A stretch of DNA of 20,000 nucleotides from Elsinoe ampelina (lineage: Eukaryota), in NCBI GenBank assembly GCA_010093995.1, contig ML992505.1, forward strand, positions 587,056-607,055, in the 5' to 3' direction. Positions 1 to 9,634 of the stretch are shown piece after piece. The number at the start of each line of letters is the position of its first letter. Positions within the stretch are counted from its first letter, which is position 1. Position numbers and translations under genes: made by a program. The notes under the pieces were generated by a model, which saw only the letters and a program-made list of their open reading frames with translations, did no database searches and had not been told where the DNA came from.

Positions 1-893
1 TAGTCGTTTAGATTCTCCTTTTTAACCTTACTACTATCGAGATATTAAGGCTAAGAGTAAGAGATAAAGTGCTCTTATAACTACTTAATAGTAACCTTGT
101 TATTTAACTAGCTAGTTAGAGTTGCTTTAATTATAGCACTAGCGTAGCTATAATTATCTAGAAGTAATAGGAGCTCTTTAAACTAGCCTTCTTAAACGTT
201 ATTACTACTTATAATAAACACTAGAGGTATTACTTAACCTCTAGCACTAAGAGTCTTAATAGCTATTACCTATTTACAATTACTAGATTAACTATAATAG
301 CTAGTTTGCTAATCCTCTCGATTAATTTAGATCTACTTACTTAATAATTGGCTAATTATATAGCTAACCTTATCTATATTATAGATGTTCTAATACTTTA
401 TATTATACTTGCCTAGGGTATAAGCTACTAGTCTAAACTATAATACTATCTTTTTAAGGTCTTATAGTTTATCTAAACGGACTATATCTATCGCTAGATA
501 ACGCTTAAGATTAAGAGAAGAGTAGTAGGCCTTAAATTCTTTATACTAGTAGTAGCTAAGAGGTATAGTAGATGTCTAGGTTAATAGCTTATTAAGCATT
601 AAATAGGCATAGTTAAGGAGTTACTAGTTGCTTAAACTAAAGCTATAGGTTGCTAAGTATTTATAATATCTTACTAGTGCTATCTCTTTTATAGGGCTTA
701 AGTGTTAGTAAGAGATATAAGCCTTAAGTAGTAATAAAGAAGTGCTCTTTAATCTATAACTAAGAGTATTAAGCTTAATAAGGGGGAATTCTCTACACAG
801 CTGTAAGAGCAATTTCTAGCCTTTTAATGCTTAGTATTAATGAATAGCAGCTTAGATTTAATTCTTACGTTTAATTAATTGCTTTAATAGCAT
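1..893 (-). pseudogene. DDE_1 (pogo/Fot1) transposase pseudogene
   Basis: ATG at 893. De-RIP reading gives NIYNMDEVGxMIG (~345-385), GNREWVTAIETLSAGG..PPVFI (~210-290) and TPTGWSNNEVAIEWLQEHFI (~65-125). Many TAA/TAG stops at former Gln/Trp codons and at least one frameshift. Confidence 0.85.
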
Positions 894-1036
894 TATAAAG
901 TAGTAGATAGAGTAGTAAACTATCTGGTGGTAATAGTGTAAAGTAGCTTAAGAAGCAAAAGAAGGAGGACTTCCGTATTAGGAAACGCGGCCCGGCAATT
1001 TTGGCACCTGTGATTGGCCACCTTCTCGCTTAGCCA

Positions 1037-1082
1037 GGGGGTCTCAAAGGCTGGGGGGGTCTCAAAGGGGGGGGACAGACGT
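1037..1082. repeat. Probable terminal inverted repeat of the pogo element, with internal 14-bp direct repeats
   Basis: GGGGGTCTCAAAGG occurs at 1037-1050 and 1055-1068, next to the ACGT|TA terminus. The partner TIR is outside the window. Confidence 0.7.
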
Positions 1083-1679
1083 TATCATGCTTTCTATCAT
1101 CACAGCATGGCATTCTGGGCAGACGCCATGCCTACTGCAAGGAAGCATCACACGACAGTTCGAAGCGTGTTTCATATCGCTCTGAGCCCTGTCTAGCCGC
1201 CGTCACTGCAGGATCCAAGATCGACGAAATATGTCTTGGTGCGAAGCAATGCGAGGGGACAGCGAGGGAACGAACCAGTGGCGTCTCTGCCCGCACCTCT
1301 TTTTGGCTCCTTTTGGGTAGGTCTGAAGCTTCTTGTCGCGCTTCGATACGCTTGATTTCACCACGACCGCGTGGCCTTCCTCTCCAGGCTAGAGATCTGT
1401 GAAGACAGAGGTGATCCGACCTGATCGACGGCTGGCGCCCGTATCTTCCCCAGAAACCTGGCGCCTGCAAAAGTTTGGTCGCAAGGACATGCTATAACTG
1501 GGCTACCACTCCATGGAAACCGGCTACACTATCGAAGCGCTCTGACTACAGCCTCGTATTTCACCACTCGAAATTTGAGCTTCAGCGATCGGACGCATCT
1601 AGCTGTCTAACAGCTCCCTTGCCCTTTCACCTGTCATCCGTCACTTGTCACAGCCGTTTCACCTCCGCATCCATACAAC

Positions 1680-2450
1680 ATGTTCCGCAACGGAGTCCTG
1701 GCAGCTTCACTGCTGTCGATATCAAGCGCTTCGCTTTTGGAAGTAAGCCGAATATCTCAATCTTCCCGTGTCTCATCACTGACAATTGCAAAGAGACAGA
1801 CAGACATTTCACAGCAAGGATGCAACGGCATCATCGGCGACTACTACGGAACACTCTACTGCTGTCCTGGTGTAGCCTACAACGATACAGATGAATACCC
1901 ATCAGGCTCTGGTTTCTGCTGTGTCGGTGCAGTCTTTCCCATCCCTGGCGCCGGCCGCTTCTCCGACTGCTTCCCGAACTGCGGACAGACCTCATCCTTG
2001 AGCGAGGTCAACATTCTGCCCATCACCGAGTCACAGAGCTGTCGCACTACGATCATGTTCACGGACAGCGAGTACACGAGCAAGGCAAATGCATATGGGG
2101 CGGCTATCACAACGCCGTTGACCATCAATACCGAGAGCGCGGTCTTCACCCGGCCGGTCCAGCCCACCACTGCGGAAGACCCTACTTCATCTATGACCCA
2201 GTCTGGAGGGTCCTCGACACCGTCGAGCACCTCCGCTGGCAGCAGCGGTGCCTCCTCCGGCGCCTCTTCTTCAGCTTCCTCCGCAACAACGGGCTTCTCT
2301 GGGGCTGCCATTACCGGGTCGACGTCGAATACCGCAGCCGGTGCATCAACCTCGACGAGCCCCAGCTCTGCTCTCGGTGCTAGGATCACGAGTGGACCCA
2401 TGGCCGGTGCACTCATGGTAGCGGGAGGAATCTTGGCCGCAGCATTGTGA
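1680..2450 (+). CDS. Secreted, probably GPI-anchored cell-surface protein with an 8-Cys N-terminal domain and a Ser/Thr-rich stalk
   Basis: 256-aa ORF. Signal peptide MFRNGVLAASLLSISSA; Cys pattern C-CC-CC-C-C-C; S/T/G/A-rich linker; hydrophobic C-terminus (MAGALMVAGGILAAAL) preceded by small residues. Probable in-frame intron at 1743-1793/1799. Confidence 0.85.
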   Translation: MFRNGVLAASLLSISSASLLEVSRISQSSRVSSLTIAKRQTDISQQGCNGIIGDYYGTLYCCPGVAYNDTDEYPSGSGFCCVGAVFPIPGAGRFSDCFPNCGQTSSLSEVNILPITESQSCRTTIMFTDSEYTSKANAYGAAITTPLTINTESAVFTRPVQPTTAEDPTSSMTQSGGSSTPSSTSAGSSGASSGASSSASSATTGFSGAAITGSTSNTAAGASTSTSPSSALGARITSGPMAGALMVAGGILAAAL

Positions 2451-2583
2451 TCAGCAAATGCCAGAAGAGAATGATAAGAAGGACATGCATCACGCCGTCA
2501 CGAAATCCAAATTGAGATAGTTCATCTAATGTACATTATTCTGATATACACCCACACCCGACCCCTGACCTCACTCTCCCTTC

Positions 2584-3831
2584 TCACGTCCCCTTCACCC
2601 CCTCCTCCGCCTCCGCCGCAACAGCCACCACCTCCATCTCACTCAACCACCCCCTCACACTCTCCATGACCCTCTCCAACCCCTCCCCACCCGCAACCAC
2701 ATCATCCAAATCATGCACACTAACCCCACTCCTATGATCCGTCACCCTCTGCTGACCCCAATTATACGTCCTCACCTTGTGCTCCCTCCCCAACCTCCCC
2801 ACCGCCACCGTGCCCCTGCGCAGACTCAACATCTCCTTCTCCTTCTCCTCGCGCCTCATCTGCGCCACCTTGGCCCTGAGCAACCGCCACGCCTTTTCTT
2901 TATTCTTGTGCTGGCTGCGCTGGTCCTGGATCGCGACCACCGTGTTGGTGGGCACGTGCGTGAGGCGGACGGCGGAGTTGGTCGTGTTGACGTGCTGGCC
3001 CCCTGCGCCCCGCGATTTCATAATGTCCACGCGGACGTCTTTTTCCTCCACGGCGGCGTCTTCGAGGTCGGATAGGTCGGGGGAGTCGGGGAAGGAGGGG
3101 AGGACCATGACGGCGGCCGAGGAGGTGTGCGTGCGTCCTTTGCTTTCTGTGGCCGGGACGCGTTGGACGCGGTGCACCCCGCTTTCGCACCGCAGGAGGC
3201 CGTAGGATGAGGGGGAGAGCACTTCGATGATGCATTCTTGGAGAGGTGCGGAGGAGCCGTTGGGGTCCGAGGGCCCGAGGGCGTCTTCGTATTTGAGGAT
3301 GGAGTGGGGGAGGGAGCGCGAGGTGAGGTAAGAGGTGTACATGCGGACGAGGTCGGCGGCGAAGAGGGCGGCTTCGGAGCCGCCGGCGCCAGGGCGGATT
3401 TCGATCAGGCAGGGGAGGTGGGCGAAGGGGTGTGGCGGGACGAGGGAGTGGCGGAGGGATTGGGCGGCGGTTTGCAGGGTGGTGGTGGCGGACGGGAGCT
3501 CTTCTTCGGCGAGGGTGCGGAGGTCGGGGTCGGTGGTGGGGTCGGAGAGGAGTGATCGGAGCTCGCTCAGGGAAGTGTGGGCGGTCTCATAGGAAGTGAG
3601 GGCCGTGGTGGTGCGACTTAGCTGACCGAGCTTTCGCGCATTGGCTTGCGAGAAGCTGTCGGCGAGGGAGGCCGAGAGGGTGGCATGTTCCTGTGCTATG
3701 GCGCGAGCTCGGGACAGGAGCAACGGGCTGACTTCATCGCTGGATATAGTGGACTGGAAGCGGACCTGTCGCCAGACCGGCTGACGAGCTCGGAGGATGT
3801 AATGGCGGGCGTGCCATGTCGTCCTTCTCAT
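2584..3831 (-). CDS. MRF1: Mitochondrial peptide chain release factor 1 (RF1/PrfA family)
   Basis: Motifs IEIRPGAGGSEAALFA, ESGVHRVQRVPATESKGRTHTS (PxT codon-recognition motif), GAGGQHVNTTNSAVR (GGQ) and KVRTYNW..RVTDHR. First ATG at 3831 gives an Arg-rich, acid-free presequence (MRRTTWHARHYILRARQPVWRQVRFQS). 415 aa, no intron needed. Confidence 0.95.
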   Translation of the reverse strand: MRRTTWHARHYILRARQPVWRQVRFQSTISSDEVSPLLLSRARAIAQEHATLSASLADSFSQANARKLGQLSRTTTALTSYETAHTSLSELRSLLSDPTTDPDLRTLAEEELPSATTTLQTAAQSLRHSLVPPHPFAHLPCLIEIRPGAGGSEAALFAADLVRMYTSYLTSRSLPHSILKYEDALGPSDPNGSSAPLQECIIEVLSPSSYGLLRCESGVHRVQRVPATESKGRTHTSSAAVMVLPSFPDSPDLSDLEDAAVEEKDVRVDIMKSRGAGGQHVNTTNSAVRLTHVPTNTVVAIQDQRSQHKNKEKAWRLLRAKVAQMRREEKEKEMLSLRRGTVAVGRLGREHKVRTYNWGQQRVTDHRSGVSVHDLDDVVAGGEGLERVMESVRGWLSEMEVVAVAAEAEEGVKGT

Positions 3832-4757
3832 GCTAGATTGAACTTGGACTTGGAAGTATTTTGATGCAACAGTAGAAATGCAAGCAAAGCTCCACAGCCC
3901 TATATGGCTTGGCAAACAGATGGCTTTCGAGCGGATCTGTTTCTTTGCGCAGTTCCCATTCCTACCCTCTGAGCTCTTTCTCCAGAACCTTTCGGTCGTT
4001 TAGAATGAATCTATGAAATGTGACATGCAGTCTATGAAGATCCGTCTTACTAGCATGTACCTACCACATGTGGGTGCACATCTCGAATAGATAATCAGGC
4101 TCGACGACGATGCTGGCATTCTCCTGCGATATATGCCATGCTCGGCGCTTATGGAGATGGACTCGGCCTGATCTTTCTATGATATGATGGGATGCGATGT
4201 CCTGGACCTCAGATCACACTTTGGTCACGAGCAGCCTGAAGAGGATATGAAGTTGCTCGGGCGGATCGAGAATAAGATCTTGCAGACTGAACAGTATATG
4301 GCCGACGCTTCTATAGTACCTCGACGATAATTTAGCTTCATCTTCGTATGATCTTATTCTCTCAATCGAAATACCCATGTACACTGTATTGGTCATCCTG
4401 TATTCAACATTGCCGTGCACATTGACCCGTACTTGGCAGGTCATCCGCCAGAGCAATAGCGGCTAGAACATCTTTGTACCATAGAGTATACCTGATCGTA
4501 TGGTCATTGCCACTGAGCTTGCAAGTTGTCGTTGTGGTTGATTGGACAAAGAGGAAAGGCACCCGGGAGGGAAACCCCCGACATGTCTTGGCAGGGGGCG
4601 AGCAAATCCCCTGACCTGAGCAAAGACGACGATATATCTCTACTTTGAACATTCTTGCGTTGTTTTTGGATCCTATCTGTTGTTTATCTCATTTGTTGAC
4701 TTGTGTAGGGGAGGAAAAAGGATTAATTACTGCCTGAACCACCAAAATGAGGTAGAT

Positions 4758-4953
4758 TGTAACTATATAAATACTTAACCTAGTGTACTAAAAGATAGCT
4801 AAATTAAAAGAACTCCTTAATAGTAGCAGATTAAGACAATAACCTTCTAATTTGATTATAAATTAGTAGAGTGGTAGATAAGTGTTTAGTTCTACTAGGG
4901 GATAAACTAAATTAGGGTCCTTCTTAGCGCTCTAGCTTATACCTTAGTTAATA
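4758..4953 (-). repeat. 3' LTR of the Ty1/Copia element (~196 bp)
   Basis: On the minus strand the PPT-like AAAGGGGTA (4954-4962) is followed by TATTAAC (RIP of TGTTGAC). The repeat ends ...GTTACA at 4758, where RIP composition stops. The partner LTR is not in the window. Confidence 0.65.
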
Positions 4954-5431
4954 TACCCCTTTACTAGATAGCTATAAGGCTATTATAGCTAGTTAGTGGA
5001 CTACTAACTCGAGGGATAGCTATTATAAGAAGGCCTTATATCTTCTAGGTGGCAATAATTTAGTTAATCTATTAGCTAAGGTATCTACTAATAGTGTCTA
5101 TATTACTAAGATAGAGCTAGATAGATCTCTAGCTTAATTAATCTCTTGTTTTAGCTAATAATAATAAATATTAATATAGTAAAGGCATGTGTTTAGCTTC
5201 TTAATTAGAGTAGTAATAAGACTAATAGTTTACTAATTATTATACTAAATACTAATATATTTAAGAGAATAGATAGAGGCTATTAGCCTCCTCTACTATA
5301 TAGCTTACTTAGTAGTCTCTATAAGAGTAAGTAGCTTAGCCTCTATAGTTAATGTTATAACTATTAGTTACTTTATAGTCTTCTAGTTAATTAATCCTTA
5401 AAACATCTTAAAGAGATAGCCTTAAAGGCTC
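4758..5431 (-). mobile_element. Ty1/Copia retrotransposon relic, 3' end (RNase H, PPT, LTR)
   Basis: De-RIP minus-strand reading GYLFKMF.G.IDWK..KQ.TVTTSTTEAELLAL (5310-5425) and ADGLTKLLP..RHKAFLQQLSL (5010-5080), which are Copia RNase H signatures. Confidence 0.88.
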
Positions 5432-5893
5432 TATTATAAACTAGTAGAACAGCTAGAGCGTAGGGACGTTAGGACTAATTAAACTGCTAAGGTTATTACG
5501 TGACCTAGCCCGACGTTCACTCGATTCTCTATCTTCTCTAGTAGCTCTACTCTAGAGACTATAGAGCGTATAGGTTACTAGTAGATATATACTCTATATT
5601 GCCCCTAACTCTCGCTACGGAGTATATAGAGTATATAGAGCATATAGTAAAGAATATATATATATAGGAATAGTTCTTACCTTATATAAGTACTATAGTT
5701 AACCTCGTCTAGATAGTAAACACTAGTATTACTAAGGCTAGCCTTTATAATACTATCTAATTGTACTTTATTATCTATAAGATATATCTTCTTTAACTCT
5801 TACCTTAGTACTATACTACTATAGAAGTAGAACTACCTCGCTCTTAGCTTAGCTTAGACTACTAGTATAGGCTATATTAGATAGTTCGTAACA
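5432..5893 (+). repeat. 5' LTR of the outer Gypsy (462 bp)
   Basis: Starts TATTATAAA (RIP of TGT...) and ends CGTAACA. Colinear with 18147-18522; about 28 mismatches by hand count, all transitions. Confidence 0.92.
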
Positions 5894-6009
5894 CTTTAAC
5901 TACTCTTACTATAGTATAGCACGCTACAAGGTTAATAAGTAACTCTTACTCTAAGTTACTATTAGTATCTTTAATCGCTAGTAAGCTAGAAAAGCTTACT
6001 ATTAACGAT

Positions 6010-8001
6010 ATATCTATTACTAGTTTAACCTTAAGCGAACATAGAAGGTCTCTTAGTATAGAGAAAGAATAAAGTAGGCCTAAGTTAAAAGTAGAACTCT
6101 TCTATAGAGACTATACCTACTTAAGGCGCTTCCTTGTTTAGCTTAAGGCCTTCTTTGCTCTAGAGAGAGACAAGTACACTAACGACATAGCAAAAGTTCT
6201 CTATACTAGAATACACCTTAAAGGCGCCGCCTTCGAGTAGTTCGAGCCTTATATAAGTAGCTACTTAGATAGATAACTAAGCCTAGATATAAAGGCTATC
6301 TTTAAGAGCTTTAGTATCTTCTAGACAAAGATTAAGTAAGTCTTTAATATATCTAATAAGGAACGCGTTACTATAACAAAGATCTAATAACTATAATAAT
6401 ATAGGTCTATAGCCTAGTACTATTTCTAGTTCTAGTAACTTATAATATACCTAGACTAGAACGATAGTACTAAACACTCTATATTCTATTAAGGGCTAAG
6501 TAACTTAGTTAAAGATTAAATAATACTTAAGCCGCTAGATAGCCTTTAGGAACTAGTAGACACTATAATTACTATTAACAACTAACTCTATAAACGACAT
6601 ATAGAACGCTATAGAGGATATAAGGTAAATACTAGATATATACGTTTCTCCCGGAGTTATAGAGACTCTATAGAACTTAACGCTATACGCAAAGGTTGCC
6701 CCTTATAGGTATAAGGCTACGGCTATAGAGGAAAGTTCCTTAGCGGAAAAGAGAGAGAGAAGTATAGATAAGACAATCTATATTTTAAATATAAAAGACC
6801 TAGACATCGGGCTAGAGACTACTAATAAGGGGCGCTAGCCGATAGATTATATATAATAGTTGCTAGGCTAGTAGAGAAAAAGGCCGACACTACTATAGAA
6901 GACCTAATAACCTTTAGCGTAGGTAAGGAAATATAGAAGAAGTCTATAATAACTCGAGAGGTAATAGAACTCTCTCTAGATATTATACTTAATATCTCTA
7001 TAACTAATAATAAATAATAAAGCTATTACGTAATACTATTATAGATAGCATATTATAACGACTCTTATTATATTTACTTATTAGACAAGTAGGGATCTAG
7101 TTAGTTCCTATATAAGCTATCTAAGCGTAGGTAACTAACGAAATAGCTAGACTAGGGACCTAACCTAGAAGAGCTCTCTATAATTAGTAGCAATATTAAC
7201 TAACCTTAGAAGGTAGTTAGCGACAATTACTAATATATAATTATTAAAACGAAGTATTAGAATATAAGTGCTATACAATAATATAGTAGTCTTACCTTTA
7301 GCTCTTATAGTAAACTATAAGGAAAGGTATATTATATATCGCTCTAGAAATATATAAATCTAAATTATAAATAGTACTATACTATCTACTTATACGATGT
7401 ACTTAAAGAAGACACTATTAGTCTTAAATATACTATAGACTTCTTAGTAATTAAAATAGATAGTACTATCCCCTATAGCTAAGTAAGGGAATATACTTAG
7501 TGTAGCCTTACTAATTATAACTATACTAGAGGTAGTAGCGACAAAGAGAAATATAATAAAGAATATATCGAACAACTATAATATAATAACATAGATAAGA
7601 ATTTATTTAACAACAATAACAACAATAATATACTACTACTAGGCGAGCGACTTAAGGCGTACCTTATAGAAATATAGAGAGATTATATAATAATATATAT
7701 CTACTACTAGAGTAGGACATAACAAGACAAATCTACTTAACTCGTATTTGTCTTTAATACTAATATATAGCTCTATCTAGAGGGAGTAGTTATACTAATA
7801 TAGGTGTATAATACTACTTAGTGTAATTAGTAGAGGATTATTAGACTTTATAGTTATTAAGGAACTTAAGTGCTAGAAGTCTACCTTACTATATTAAATA
7901 GCGATAAGATATAACTAGCCTAATAGATATAGTACTAATAGTAGATACGTGTAGAAAGGGATTAGCTACTTATCTAAGGAGCTATAATAACAAAAAACTA
8001 G
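6010..8001 (+). pseudogene. gag of the outer Gypsy, unusually long (~660 codons)
   Basis: De-RIP reading LRRFLVQLKAFF...HLKGAAFEWFEPY (6121-6252) and CCHC knuckle LCFKC.RPGHRARDC (6778-6822). One frame holds to A AAA AAC TAG at 7992-8001. Start codon is approximate. Confidence 0.85.
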
Positions 8002-8699
8002 CTAGTTATCGCCTAATAAGGTAAGATAATAACACTAGCTAAAGTCTTAATATAATAAAGATCTATACGTTAAACTACTTTATACTAGAAGTCGAAATAT
8101 AAGAGAATAAGGTAAGAGTAATAATAGATTTAGAAGCTAACTATAGCTACGTTTCTATAATAGTTACTAACTAGCTTAAACCTTATTAATATTAGAAGGA
8201 GTTACCTTACCTACTTACTATAGCAAATAGAACCCCTATAGAGAAGAATAGGAAAGTTACTTAGGAACTATAAAACGTTATAATTAAAATCGAAACATAT
8301 ATAGAAAAACAATTAATCGATATAGTAGATATATAGTATAATATAGTACTTAGTATAGACTAGCTTTAATAACATAATCTAGACATAGACTAGATTAAAG
8401 AAACACTTAAATTCCCTAAGTGTAATTATAGAACGTAGGAAGTATAATTAGCTCTATAGATACTAACTATAAGAATAGTATAGATACAACTAATAGTTAG
8501 AGCTATCGCTAGCGTAAGTAATTAAGCACTTCCGCTAGAATATAAAGACTTTAAGGATTTATTTAAAGAAAGGAAAGGCATTATAGCCTTACTCTAATAT
8601 AAACTATAGAATTATAAAATACTCTTTAAAGAGAGTAAATCCCTAATACACTATTAAGGTCTTATACTACTATCGAAATAAGAGAAGAACGTCCTTAAG

Positions 8700-8969
8700 N
8701 NNNNNNNNNNNNNNNNNNNNNNNNNNNNNNNNNNNNNNNNNNNNNNNNNNNNNNNNNNNNNNNNNNNNNNNNNNNNNNNNNNNNNNNNNNNNNNNNNNNN
8801 NNNNNNNNNNNNNNNNNNNNNNNNNNNNNNNNNNNNNNNNNNNNNNNNNNNNNNNNNNNNNNNNNNNNNNNNNNNNNNNNNNNNNNNNNNNNNNNNNNNN
8901 NNNNNNNNNNNNNNNNNNNNNNNNNNNNNNNNNNNNNNNNNNNNNNNNNNNNNNNNNNNNNNNNNNNNN
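8700..8969. other. Assembly gap (270 N) inside the outer Gypsy RT
   Basis: Run of N. Confidence 1.
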
Positions 8970-9280
8970 TATAACCTTCTAAGAGTTAATTAATAACACT
9001 CTATAAGAATACCTTAATAACTTTGTCTTAGTATATTTAGATAATATTATTATCTTCTTAAAGATATATAATAAACATGTAGGATATATTTATAAGGTAC
9101 TATAGAAACTAAAAGAAAAAGACTTACTAGTAAAGCTCTTTAAGTATAAGTTTTATAAATATAAGATACAATTTCTAAGCTATATTATATCTACTAATAG
9201 TATTAGACCCGATTCGAAGAAGATTAAGTTAGTAAATAACTAGCTAGAACCTACTATAGTTAAGGAGGTTTAAGTACTAC

Positions 9281-9482
9281 TAATACGAGATGAATTACGA
9301 ACTAGATTTAGTTAGTATCTAGGTCGGAGAGGTCACGTGATCTCGGCTCTCAGCCCGGGCTTCTAGCCGCTCCGCCCTCGATATCTTATATACTTTATAG
9401 ACTAGCTTTCTTCTTCTTCTTCTAACTCTTAATATCTTAACGAATAGACGTAATTAACCTTCTATCTTGCTAGTTGTAATTA
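9281..9482 (+). repeat. 5' LTR of the inner Gypsy (202 bp)
   Basis: Ungapped match to 15297-15498 with 16 mismatches, all C/T or G/A. Confidence 0.96.
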
Positions 9483-9634
9483 CTATATTAAGAGTTTAAA
9501 GCACCTACGATTAAGCGATAGAGCTATTAAACTATCTAGCTCTTCTACTACTTACGTAATTCTAATAACTACCATTTACGAAGAATTAAAGAATTAAAGA
9601 AGAAGCTATTACGACCGCAGTTCCCGCGCACACT

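Larger units (their letters stand above)
1..1082 (-). mobile_element. RIP-degraded Fot1/pogo-like (Tc1/mariner superfamily) DNA transposon, 5' portion; continues beyond the window start
   Basis: The minus-strand terminus reads TA|ACGTCTGTCCCC..., with TA target site at 1083-1084 and an ACGT start typical of fungal pogo/Fot1 elements. It contains a transposase relic. The interior is AT-rich and TpA-rich. Confidence 0.85.

Noticed and set aside
1037..1068. Direct repeats as a CRISPR-like array or stand-alone G-quadruplex element
   Set aside because: Only two units in a eukaryotic context; best explained as transposase-binding repeats in a pogo TIR.
1014..1470. ORFs 1014-1196 (+) and 1132-1470 (-)
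   Set aside because: Non-ATG starts, no motifs, and the first spans the transposon terminus.
1475..2416. ORFs 1475-1894 (+) and 1877-2416 (-)
   Set aside because: They overlap the surface-protein gene in other frames. The antisense one mirrors the Ser/Thr-rich stalk.
2713..3864. Several plus-strand and alternate-frame ORFs overlapping MRF1
   Set aside because: Shadow ORFs caused by high GC and codon bias of the real gene; no motifs.
3832..3915. 28-codon N-terminal extension of the MRF1 ORF in the ORF track
   Set aside because: It begins at TTG. The first ATG (3831) already gives a typical mitochondrial presequence.
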